Positions 1 through 10,500 of a stretch of 64,000 bases of DNA are shown here, piece after piece. A program made the position numbers and the translations under genes. The notes below the pieces were generated by a model. It did no database searches. It was not told the origin of the DNA and worked only from the letters and a program-made list of their open reading frames with translations. Numbering within the stretch: position 1 is the first letter of the stretch; every line of letters begins with the position of its first letter. The stretch covers positions 2,604,001-2,668,000 of the forward strand of contig BROI01000002.1 of assembly GCA_027923505.1 (NCBI GenBank). The letters are read 5' to 3'. Source of the DNA: Mayamaea pseudoterrestris (lineage: Eukaryota).

Positions 1-4
1 GTGC

Positions 5-391
5 ATGGATTACTCATCTGGTGCTGTTCAATCGTCGGAACACACAGCAGCTGTGGAACCGAACCAGCAGCACAATCAACAACAGCTTTTAGCACTTGGC
101 ATACCGTTGTCCTTGTTGGAGACTCTCGTCAAGCCAGATCCACAACAGCAGCGTCGCTCACCAGCTCAACCCGGTGGCCTAATGCTTCAACAGTCGCAGT
201 ATGCCAACTTGCTTCTGGAACGACAGATTCAGATTCTGCAGGAAGAGCAAGTCAAGCATATGCTGCACCTCGTTGGCCGCAAACCAGCCGCCCCGATGAG
301 CCAAGACTTGCTTCGCCTACAGCACAATATGCAAAGCAATGCACAGCGTCACAAACAGTCGCCTACGAATCATCGCGCCAGTGCTGCATAA
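5..391 (+). CDS. 3' end of a Gln-rich low-complexity protein (probably 5'-truncated by the window edge; possibly a transcription regulator)
   Basis: Open frame with Q-rich runs (NQQHNQQQ, PQQQRR) ending ...HRASAA*, followed by an AT-rich 3' region. No domain recognised. Confidence 0.55.
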   Translation: MDYSSGAVQSSEHTAAVEPNQQHNQQQLLALGIPLSLLETLVKPDPQQQRRSPAQPGGLMLQQSQYANLLLERQIQILQEEQVKHMLHLVGRKPAAPMSQDLLRLQHNMQSNAQRHKQSPTNHRASAA

Positions 392-575
392 TAACAAAAT
401 GTTAGGTATCTTACTTTCATTGTACTTGTAGCTGTCTCGACTATGTGCAACAAACACACACTTCAGCAATTGGGTATCGAGAGATAGCTGTCATCCGTCG
501 CGCCGGCAGTCGTGACGTGGGCTTCGACGAATCTCCGATCCGTTTTTTCTTCCTCACAAATCAATCGCGTGGACC

Positions 576-2204
576 ATGGCCCGTCTCTTGCGTTCCATCG
601 GCTGTTGGTTGGCCCTATGGCTGCTGCCATGCCAACATGCTTTTGCCCCAGCCAGAATAATCAGTTGTAAAGGGAGTAGAAATCAGCTGCAGCCTTTTCC
701 AGCGCTTGGATCAGCGCGACAAGAAAGCAGCGCGAAGGAACGACGAATCTCGCCACCGTCGAGCACTCCATCACCGAATTCTATGTTCGCCAATAGTACA
801 TTGGGAGTCTTTGCTGCTTCAGAAAGAACCGCCAATGCAGTTTCAATTGTCCCCAAAGGTCTTTCCGGCAGTACAGTTCAGGCTGGGGCCAGCGATGCGT
901 CAAAGAAAAACACTATGTTTGTCCTTCTCTGGCTAATTGCTTGCCTCTCGGCACTCGATCGCGTCGCCATGTCGGTTGCAATATTGCCCATGTCAATGGA
1001 GCTCGGATGGACAGATACCACCAAGGGAGCGATTAGTAGTCTGTTCAGTGTCGGATATGGTCTCTGCATCATACCGGCAGGTCTCGTCGTGTCAACGAGC
1101 GGACGTCCAATTGTCATTTTGGCCACTGGTGTTTTAATATGGAGCATTGCAACCATGGCGACACCTGCAGCAGCCACCGCGACTGGTACTATGCTAGCCT
1201 TGCTGGCGGCTCGGGCTGCTGTCGGAGCTGGCGAGTCGGTTATAATTCCGTCACTGCAGACGCTTCTTATCCACTGGACAACTTCACAGGAGAAGTCACG
1301 CGCACTGGCAGCGGTGTACTCGGGCTTCCACGTGGGGACAATTTCCGCCTATATTATCAGTCCTCTGATCATGGCTCAAGTTGGATGGAAAGGCCTTTTT
1401 GAAGTTTATGGAGCGATGGGACTTGTCGTTTTGATTCCGTGGTTTATGTATGCGCAGGACAAACCCTTGGCGGGATTTGTTAGTAAACCTGTATTAACAA
1501 GGCAGCCAGCACTTCTGAAACAACCTTTGTTTGAACAGATCTCGACCACTATTCAAGAAGTGCCGTGGAAGGAGTTTTTGCAGTCGCCTGGCGCATGGGC
1601 CATGCTACTCGCTCACTCGGCCAAGAATTGGGGTTTGTACAACTCACTAGCCTGGACGCCCACCTTCTTTGCGGAAAGCTACCATCTGGATGCCCATGAT
1701 TCAGCGCTTTTTTCAGTGTTACCAAGTATACTTGGTGCTGTCGGCGGTGTCGCGGCTGGAACGGCAGCAGATTATTTTCTTGGTCGCGCGTCGACCGATG
1801 AAATTTGCCTGGCCGCACGTCGGACCAATCTGCGTAAAATCTTTCAAGCGATTGCCTTTTTAGGACCAGCTCTTGCTCTGGGTGCTCTCGCATGCAACAT
1901 TCCAGAGGAACCGGGGCTTGCGCAGGCTTTCCTCATGGTGTCGGTGGGCCTACAGGCAGGCAATGTGGCTGGCTTTGAAGCTGGAACGCAGGAAAAAGCG
2001 GGCGAGAAGTGGGCTGGTTTGTTGTACAGCTTGACCAGCCTCCCGGCTGTCATTGTAGGGACGACCGGCGTATACGTAACTGGACGAATTCTCGATGCAA
2101 CTGGCCAGGATTGGAGCATGGTTTTTGCTCTTAACGCATGCATTAATGTCGTCGGTGCCATTGCATTTACTATTCTGTACGATTCCAAACGTGAGTTTGA
2201 TTAA
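576..2204 (+). CDS. Plastid-targeted MFS anion/phosphate transporter (PHT4/ANTR, SLC17-like)
   Basis: Signal peptide followed by QHA-FAP (ASAFAP-type). ACS-family motif LSALDRVAMSVAILPMS, then AAVGAGESV and WTPTFF, with about 12 hydrophobic segments. Confidence 0.88.
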   Translation: MARLLRSIGCWLALWLLPCQHAFAPARIISCKGSRNQLQPFPALGSARQESSAKERRISPPSSTPSPNSMFANSTLGVFAASERTANAVSIVPKGLSGSTVQAGASDASKKNTMFVLLWLIACLSALDRVAMSVAILPMSMELGWTDTTKGAISSLFSVGYGLCIIPAGLVVSTSGRPIVILATGVLIWSIATMATPAAATATGTMLALLAARAAVGAGESVIIPSLQTLLIHWTTSQEKSRALAAVYSGFHVGTISAYIISPLIMAQVGWKGLFEVYGAMGLVVLIPWFMYAQDKPLAGFVSKPVLTRQPALLKQPLFEQISTTIQEVPWKEFLQSPGAWAMLLAHSAKNWGLYNSLAWTPTFFAESYHLDAHDSALFSVLPSILGAVGGVAAGTAADYFLGRASTDEICLAARRTNLRKIFQAIAFLGPALALGALACNIPEEPGLAQAFLMVSVGLQAGNVAGFEAGTQEKAGEKWAGLLYSLTSLPAVIVGTTGVYVTGRILDATGQDWSMVFALNACINVVGAIAFTILYDSKREFD

Positions 2205-2287
2205 TTTTGACAGCCTTGGATGATAAGACAAGCGAGATTCTGCATAACTAGTACATAAGATAATAGACTGCGTCAATACAATAAATT

Positions 2288-4651
2288 TTAGTCATCCTCG
2301 AAGGACGGAGCAGCGCTTAGCGTTTCGTCAGCGTTACTGTCGTTGCTCGCGTTTCGGAATATTCTGAGACTACGTCTCCTTGTGTTTGGTGAGTGTGCCT
2401 CGGCATCTTCTACATGCGTCCCAAGTCGATTGAGAGTTGATGGAAGGCAGTCTGCGACAGAAAGTCGTACTATCTCTTCCCCTCGCATTATGCGTCCATT
2501 AACGCCTCCATTTACTCGAAAGCTCTGTAGAAAATATGCTTTAATAGTTGCCCATGTGTCTTCTCCGTCGCCCTGAGGATCCGTGGTGCAAATATTGTAT
2601 TTTGTTTTGGCGCGCACGGTAATGAGAATAGAGGATGAAGTGCGCTTAGCATAGCCCGCTAATCGACTCTCAACGAGATTTCGATCTAGCCCAATATTAT
2701 CGGCGTGCTGCTTCGTCGATTCCTCTGCTAGTGACAAGATGTCATGCCTTGACGTGGGAAATATAAAACCCCTCTTTTCCGACTTTTGCCGCTGTTGCTT
2801 CCTTGCCGCTTCGGAGCCCGCTTTCAGTTTCATGGTACATTCTAAAGCATAAGTCCAGTCAAGCAATCTCTCGGCGGATGAGAACAGAAGCAGTCGCTCT
2901 TTGCTGCCGTCGCGTGACAATGTCAGTACAAATTGTGCCAATGTCATTGAATCGTCGCGTTCAATGGTGGAAAGTTGCAGCTGAGCATCTTGGAGCAAGA
3001 TTTGTCCCCGCAACCTATGGGGCCGCGGCGCAGCGTATTGGTAGTAACTTAGTGTCCCTTCCGATAATACGAAAAAGAGGCGCCTCCACGACTTCTGAGA
3101 CTTGTTACGAGTTTTGATCCAGCCGGACGTCTCGACAACTCGACTGCACAAGGCAACGTCAGAATCATCTTCCACGACGTCAATAACCACCGGGTCAACT
3201 TGCTCGCCACTGGGCACTACAACAATGAGTTCATTATTCTTGCACAGATTTGACACGCAAAAATATGAGTCTCCGCCGCTTCTTGTTCGATTTCCAGAAA
3301 GCAAGACATCACGAGCATAAGCTAAAGCTCGCGATTCTGGTAGCCCGGCTCGGTGGCTATCGCTTCTTCGACCCACAGTCAAAATATCTCTCGTCAATCC
3401 TCCAACAATTTTCTCCGCTCCATGGCCAGTGTCACCTCGATAAACACGTCCATTAATGCGTACAGTGTCTCGCTGAAGATCTTTCCAGAGTTGATCGACG
3501 GAGAGATTCACTGCCTCTTCTCGAAATGCGACTGCATCTGCGTTCTCTCCTTCCTTCGCGATCCATTTAACAGGGACCTTGAGGGATTTTTCCATGAGCT
3601 GTTGCAACCCGGCAAGGTAGTCATGCCTAGATTCAGCCTTGCGCAGCACATGCTGGAGCTTGTTGTATGAACGAAGGTCGTGGCGAAACGGGTTCCTCGT
3701 GGTCGCACTCGCACTGCTTGGCGTCCTCACGACACCCTTATGATCCATGAGAGTATCCCCTCGCGTCACGCTTCCACCTACCAGCGCTGTCATGATTGAT
3801 TGTATCCAGGCTGATCGATCCTCTCGAGTGTTGGCCATCCACAGGCGCTTCGTGCCATTGACATTCAACTCGAAAATGTATCCACCTGGAGTCAGATTCA
3901 AAGCTTTTGTATGCAGCTTGACGGCCCGACAAGCAACTCCAGCCTTAAGCGGAATATCCGTGCGTAGCAACTCTCCGTGCGAGTTGCCATTGTGCTCGTT
4001 CCGCTCAGCCTTGTTTTCGTAGTAGCTAAACATGCCACGACGAATTTCGACAAACTTGGCGCTCCATAAACCACTCATAATGCTAGAGGCCTTTTTAAGT
4101 GATCCTGACTTTAACACTATAGGATCCATCATACCAAGCTCGGGAGCTTGCACGTCGCGCTCAGTGAGCAAGTCGAGTGCCGCGCGTAGAAAAATGCGGT
4201 GTTCTTGGACAAAGACCAGTGCGTTGTAGTGTGATGACGATCCCGAATTCAAGGGACGAGCATTCCCATTTGAAGCATTAAGTCGTGTGGGCTCTTCAAT
4301 TGGATATAGGTCGATAGACTCGTCAGCTTCGTAGCGACACGTCCATTGTTCGGAAGCGGTGTCATGCTCATCATCAGCAACAGTCTCATCAAAAGAGGAC
4401 GACTGTGGATTGTGCGACATTAGGTCCGCATCAAGGGCTGTCGTCATTCGTCTCCTTCCATCAATCAAGGGATTAGCGTAAACTGAATGAAGGGCTAATG
4501 GGTCGAACATTGCATGTCCTCTAGCAGGGCTGGCGTCAAGACTGTCGACATCTTCAAAAGCCAGTGGATCGGAGACTTTGAAGCTCTTTTTCAAATCTTT
4601 CGGCGTCTTATTTTCAAGCAACTCATCGCTTGACGCGTTAGAGGCCATCAT
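2288..4651 (-). CDS. Protein with two pleckstrin-homology (PH) domains
   Basis: PH-like motifs KSGSLKK..WSAKFVEIRRGMFSYYE..LWMANTREDRSAWIQSI and SGWIKTR..WRRLFFVLSEGTLSYY..LLDWTYALE. First ATG at 4651. Confidence 0.8.
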   Translation of the reverse strand: MMASNASSDELLENKTPKDLKKSFKVSDPLAFEDVDSLDASPARGHAMFDPLALHSVYANPLIDGRRRMTTALDADLMSHNPQSSSFDETVADDEHDTASEQWTCRYEADESIDLYPIEEPTRLNASNGNARPLNSGSSSHYNALVFVQEHRIFLRAALDLLTERDVQAPELGMMDPIVLKSGSLKKASSIMSGLWSAKFVEIRRGMFSYYENKAERNEHNGNSHGELLRTDIPLKAGVACRAVKLHTKALNLTPGGYIFELNVNGTKRLWMANTREDRSAWIQSIMTALVGGSVTRGDTLMDHKGVVRTPSSASATTRNPFRHDLRSYNKLQHVLRKAESRHDYLAGLQQLMEKSLKVPVKWIAKEGENADAVAFREEAVNLSVDQLWKDLQRDTVRINGRVYRGDTGHGAEKIVGGLTRDILTVGRRSDSHRAGLPESRALAYARDVLLSGNRTRSGGDSYFCVSNLCKNNELIVVVPSGEQVDPVVIDVVEDDSDVALCSRVVETSGWIKTRNKSQKSWRRLFFVLSEGTLSYYQYAAPRPHRLRGQILLQDAQLQLSTIERDDSMTLAQFVLTLSRDGSKERLLLFSSAERLLDWTYALECTMKLKAGSEAARKQQRQKSEKRGFIFPTSRHDILSLAEESTKQHADNIGLDRNLVESRLAGYAKRTSSSILITVRAKTKYNICTTDPQGDGEDTWATIKAYFLQSFRVNGGVNGRIMRGEEIVRLSVADCLPSTLNRLGTHVEDAEAHSPNTRRRSLRIFRNASNDSNADETLSAAPSFEDD

Positions 4652-5185
4652 GGTCTTTTGCACATATAGAGATTTGCTTGCTGAACACTCCCATGTTCAA
4701 AATAGCAAAGCATTCGACTGGATCTGGTCGTGCTTCTCGTTCCTTGGGTCACTCGTCCAAGCTTTCATTGCCGGTGTGACACGTACTTTATCACTCTCTC
4801 GGCTGCACGGCACGTTTTGATCGTGCATAGACTTGGCCGTGCATAGACTTGGAAGTTTGCCGTCCTCATAGCATATACGAGACTCTCCTAGTGCAGAGTT
4901 ACTGATCTGAAACTCTGTGTCTGGACATAAAGTCAGCAGTAGAGCGTTGCAGGCGAAACTAAAGCCTGACGCGGGTGCAGAAGTTGACCGCAACGAGAAG
5001 AAAGATAATGTTCCCAATGATTTTGGTTATTAAACAGCGTCTCGCGCTCCATACGAGACACTATGCTAGCGAATATTAATATTTCATATCGTTCATCTGA
5101 CAGCACACTATGAGTCGATTACTCAAAACATACAACCTTCCATCGATCGCGTCCGCTGAAACCTCAAACCTGAGCTCTCCTACTC

Positions 5186-5680
5186 TTACTTCTCCGCTGC
5201 TTCCTCAAAATTTCCTTCCACCAGGTCTGGAACATCATCGTCGTCCTCCTCTTCATCGCCTTCCGGGATTCCTTGGTTAGCCATACCGCCTGCCATGCTT
5301 TGAAGTGCGTTGATGTCATTCATTCCGAGCTGACTAATGATTCCCGGCATGCAATCAGTCAGCGCCTTGGTCTCGTTCGGCCCTTGAATAATGTAGGTAT
5401 TCGCATGCACCGATGCTTGCACCTTGGGGTTCTTGAATTGAGTAACCTTGCCGTCCTCTTTAAAGAAATTCACTTCTTCAATTCCTGGAATGTTCGTTGC
5501 CCCGAGCTTCTTTAGTGTCGACGTCAGTTTTTGGTCAGATTGAGCTGAATTGGAGCGATTCGCAACCTTCTTCTTGCGGCGGACAGAGCCCTTGCCTCCT
5601 GTTGACGTTGTTGCCGCGCCACCGAATCGCTTGGCGATCATCTTGGCGCGGGCCGCTGCAATGTTGTCTGCTTCCGACAT
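5186..5680 (-). CDS. BTF3: Nascent polypeptide-associated complex beta subunit (BTF3/EGD1)
   Basis: GGKGSVRRKKK, LKKLG..NIPGIEEVNFFK, NPKVQAS..ANTY and acidic C-terminus DDVPDLVEGNFE. ATG at 5680 (MSEADNIAA). Confidence 0.95.
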   Translation of the reverse strand: MSEADNIAAARAKMIAKRFGGAATTSTGGKGSVRRKKKVANRSNSAQSDQKLTSTLKKLGATNIPGIEEVNFFKEDGKVTQFKNPKVQASVHANTYIIQGPNETKALTDCMPGIISQLGMNDINALQSMAGGMANQGIPEGDEEEDDDDVPDLVEGNFEEAAEK

Positions 5681-6284
5681 GACAAAAAATGTTCCAACAA
5701 AAAAGATACTGAAGTAACGAGAAACGAGTAGGAAATTCGTCAGATGCAATAATTTCGAGTATGACAAGAGACAACCTAACTCAGATGCACGCACAAGCGA
5801 AAACAGATGAAATCGCGGGACAGTGATGCGCTCAACGTCACACTCTACGAGTCTCCGACAATTTGACTCGGCTTAACATCCAGAAACACTTCTGCCTCTC
5901 AAGTGTCGATCCTAGCGGTAACAATGCCTCCCATGGATCAACTCACCAGCCTCTTTATCCAATTGACGAGGCCTAGCGTCCGTCAATACGAGATGAACTG
6001 CGAGCGGTTCTGCGGCTGCTGTGACAGCTTGTCCATCTGAAATGCGCACCACAGAATCCTCGACGGCCGACGGCCAGGCAAATTGTCACACGGTGTCGTA
6101 GCATGACTCACAACTCTCAAATCGTCATAGTACTCCGGTATACTATCAATACTACAATACCGCAAAGTGCTTTGGAAAATTAACACTCTAGTTGACTTGT
6201 TATGTAAACAGTTTAAAGATAGTATAGCATTTAAAAAGGGATCATTTGGCCGGCGACTGTTACAGCCAGTATTGGCGTCAGGTT

Positions 6285-7357
6285 TCACAGCCTTTTGCTC
6301 ATGTCCTTTAACTTAAGACTAGCGCTGCTCAGGAAAAACTCTCCGACTCGTCTCCAATGACAAGTGACGTCGCATAAATGTTCTGCTCCTTTGAAATAAA
6401 AGTCTACAGAGGCGCTGCCATCGCTCAAGGGTTGGACTCTGACCTCCTGGAAGCCAGCGTATTGCGTCAGGAGCGGATGCATGGCCTTGTAGAGACTCTC
6501 CTTCATGGAGAATCGTAGCAAGACTTCTTCAGAGGCAGAAACGCCCTATATAAACGACATGGTGGCGTGAGTTGAGCAAACAGACAAGTTACTCGAGCGA
6601 GTGTGAATGTTCCGAACGCACTCACCTCGACTTGACCGAGACTACGAATTTCATCTTTCGTTAAAACTCTTTTTGCAATGCTGGCCTTATTCCCTGTAGC
6701 GTATTCCAAGTCGACTCCAATACCCACGTCTAGTTTTGAATTGTCGCGGCGAGCGACGAGGGCAACAGCTGTGGTCTTTTTGTGACTGATGGATCCCAGA
6801 TAACCACTCGGAAGCGTCGGTCGGCCGTGCTCATCCTTTAGTATCGGGCAATCGTCGACGTTAAGGCCAATTAAAGTCCTCATTGCCATTCGACCCAGGA
6901 TAAAGGATTGTTGATACGAAGATGATGCTCCTTGCATGTTGAAAGCATATGCAACTTCGTCTGGATGTAAATGCGCATATAGCCAGTGGTTTGCAGTGGT
7001 TGTTGCACTCGTGTCTTGTAGAATTGGTGCAAGATTATCATATGAAATAGCTAGGCATCGACCTTCGGGGACCTCCAAATCGAAAAGCTCAACGAATGCA
7101 TCGGATCTTGTTCCGTCGAAATTATTAGTTTGTACTATTGGCTGGGCGGAGGAAGCGTATGATGGGTGTTTCTGTGGCCACCCAGAATAAAATTGTAACT
7201 GAGATCGAATCAGTTGCTTCCGTATTGTGAACGCGAAGGTAGTAGTCATGGACGACTTGAGAAGCAACAACAAGAAAAATGAGCGGAGATGAAAGCGAAT
7301 CTGTCGTTTTCTCCAATTCGAATCTTCAGTCACACAGAGCCACGATGTGGCTAGCAT
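6285..7357 (-). CDS. 4'-phosphopantetheinyl transferase, EntD/Sfp type, with N-terminal targeting extension; 2 exons (intron 6546-6625)
   Basis: GRPTLPSGYLGSISHK and GIGVDLE, then after splicing EEVLLRFSMKESLYKA. The GT-AG intron restores frame (330 aa). Start uncertain. Confidence 0.85.
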
Positions 7358-7598
7358 GCTCCGCTACTTAATTTGGTGTAATCAATGACGGTACCTCTCA
7401 TCTGGCGTACAGTACCCATAGACGCATCGTCTATTCGCACATGGACATCGCGTCATGGTGGAACGAGCGTCGATTTCCTTTTCTTCTTTGTCGCACCACG
7501 ACACGATCCTTGTCGCACCTCGATCTTTTCGTTCCACCATGAGAACCTCGCCGACAACGACCGACAGCATCTCTCCCGTTGCTACTAGCTGATTCAAC

Positions 7599-10500
7599 AT
7601 GTCGTATCCTACTTACAGTCAAGTAAAGAGCTTGGCGAGAAGCTTAGCGGAGGGCAAAAATATTAAAGATCGCCGTCGCGATGGAGAAGAGCTCTGCAGA
7701 ATACTCGGCCGCCCCGAGACGCGACAACGTTTGGTCGTCGAAGCAAGCGGACGACCCGAGGGCTTGCGAGAAATGTGGCGATTGCTCACGAACTACGTGA
7801 TTGCTGGACTTCATAGTATTAACAGCAAGAGGAGCAAGCTACTTCCTGATGATGTCCGCATTCTCAGACGATTTATGGAGATATGCATCACTTCTACGGA
7901 AGGGTTTGAAAACGAGTTGTCGACAGGCAAACTTACAAAGAAGGAAGTTCGAGCAGTCATTCAATTTGTTCTTGATTTGTTAGATGAAGTTGATGATGGA
8001 AAATTTGACAATGCAGAAATTGAAGTGGTCTTGCTCGAGCTGCTTTCGCAAATCTGCATTGCTCGAGAGTTTGTCGTCCACTTGCGTCCACAAACCGACA
8101 TGCGAATCATTCTTGAAGTTGCTGAACGTCGGATTGAAGAAGATAAACCCTCTACCACTGTTCTGGTGGCTCAAATTGTTCATCGACTACTGGCTACGGC
8201 GGCGTCGCTGTATATTTCACTCGACAATCTTCTACCAGGTTATGTCAAAGTGGTTGCGAGTTGGTGTCGCTCAAAGCACGGAATGCATGATTGTACGCTT
8301 GCGGAGCTAGAGCACGTGATTGGAGGGCTCGCTGTTCTACTAAAGTCGAATCCTGAACAAGCCATTGGTCCAATGACGCGACATGGAGCCATTGTTTTGA
8401 AATTTGTCAAACGACGCTATGTGCAACCCGCGCTTCGCCGGAACAATAAGGAACGTGAGGCACTCAACGATTACATCGTGTCCCATATGTAAGTATCGAG
8501 ATGCTGTCGTATTTCTGTTGGTGCTTCTCCCCCTTACTCTGGTGATTTGAAGACATGTTAACCAAGTGGCAGGGCGCTTGCAGGGCCTCCATCCGGGCGA
8601 CCTTGGCGATCTCGGTCCTGCTACATTGACGAAGCGTCACCTTGGCGCGATTTTGGACGTCGCCGTGCAGATTTGTACAGTTGAAGAAATTAAGGATACT
8701 TTAAAATCGAGCAGAAACAACAAGACGGACTTTCCGCTGAACAAACCAATTCACAAGCAGCAGCTGCAGGTCACTGCGCGACTTTTAGCATGTTTGCAGC
8801 GGCTCGTCATTGCTGATGCAGAGTGGAACGAAAACGAGCAAAGTGTCGTCCAACATGATGGGGAGCAAACGCCTAGTGATCGCTTGCTCGCAAAATTACC
8901 ACAGCACCGCCGTCCTGATCGTGAATATTTGGATTTGTCGCTATCAAATACGCAAGATTCATATGACATTGATGCCTACGCGAGCTCTCCGTTTTGTGAA
9001 CTCGTTTTAAAGCCCCTGTTTGCCGCTGGCAACAAAGTTTCACAAGATTGTCCTGCAGGGGAAGAATCACTGCGAGATGCAGAGGGTACTCTCTCCCTTC
9101 CAATCATCAGTACTCTAGCGAGTGAACCAGTCACCACCAGTGACAGTGCGATCATCCCGTTGCTTCAGCTTATTTGTGCCGCAGTCGAAATATTTCCTGC
9201 TGGCGACTGCTGGGTCTCAGCATGCGTTCAGGGCCGTTGGCATCGCCATGGGGCTGTCCCTGGCGGTGCAATAGGTCCTATTACTCTTTTAGCTGGTTCT
9301 CCAGATGACTTGGCTGCTATTATATTCGTGGTCGGTGGTATTCTTATAACCCAGGGAACATCTGGTGGCGACGAAGAAATCCAAAAGTGGGCACTAGTGA
9401 CGCTAAAGAAGTTGACGGAAGCAAGCTACATGATGATAAATATGTATAAGGAAAAAGTGGATATGCTTTTCACGTTGGAAGTCGCTTGGCAGAAAGTTTG
9501 GAGTAGCCTATTTCAATCGAATGTCCGATATTGTGTCGCTACTAAAGTTCTGAGAGGAAAAGATGACCGTCCAACAGTCGGCTCACTCGTTCTTGCGCTA
9601 CTGGAAAGTATTATTCGTAACTTTTGCACTTGCCCTGCTCTCCGCTGGTCGGCATTACCCGCTACCACGCAGTCGTCATTCCCTTATCGACAGCAAGACT
9701 CTCTATGGAGCCTGCCAGTTTTTGCGGATGCTTGCGCAAAACTTTCTTCAGAGTGCTTCGAGCTAATTTACACTGCCATTTATGCAACCGGACTTGTCGA
9801 AGGTCATTTGGATCTTGTATGTCAAATCACAGTGGACGCTGTTGGCAAGTTTCATTGCGATGTTGACGCAGGGTGTGTGCGCCGCTGCAAGTTTCTTGAG
9901 TTTTGTGTCCACGCCTTCGATTCGGGCGTGGACGAGTTGGCTATCCCAGCACTCGCTGCCTGCATGGCGATGCTCGTTCATGGCGGTGACACATTGGCCC
10001 CATCTGTGCATAAGTCAGAAATATTGCTTTCGATCGATTCGGTGATTAACAGCCGCGACAATAAGCATTATCATGTGTCAGATTTCCTGGAACGGTGCAC
10101 CGACGGTTCAAGCAAAGGAACAAGCACTTTTGCCTTGTTATGGGACGCTTCGCCGCTATCCAAGTTATCTCAATTTGATATCCTGGCGTCAATCTTGGAC
10201 GAGGTATCCTTGGACTTTGCCGCAGTCAAGAGCATTACATTAAAGCATGGAATTAGTGCTGCAGAGAAAGTGAGAAGTGCCGATTTTGTGTCGATCAAGG
10301 TGGCCAATGCCTTGATCGATTCGCTCACTGCTCATTTTCGTACGCAATTCAATTTCGAGCCGGCTGATGAGCTACACAACGACACAGACTCAGGAGCAAT
10401 TTTTGATGCTACACTTCAGCGAGGGATGCTAGCTACAAAGGTCTTGCTAAGCGTAGTGCTATCATTGTCAGCTGAGCATAACATTCTACATCTCGACGCA

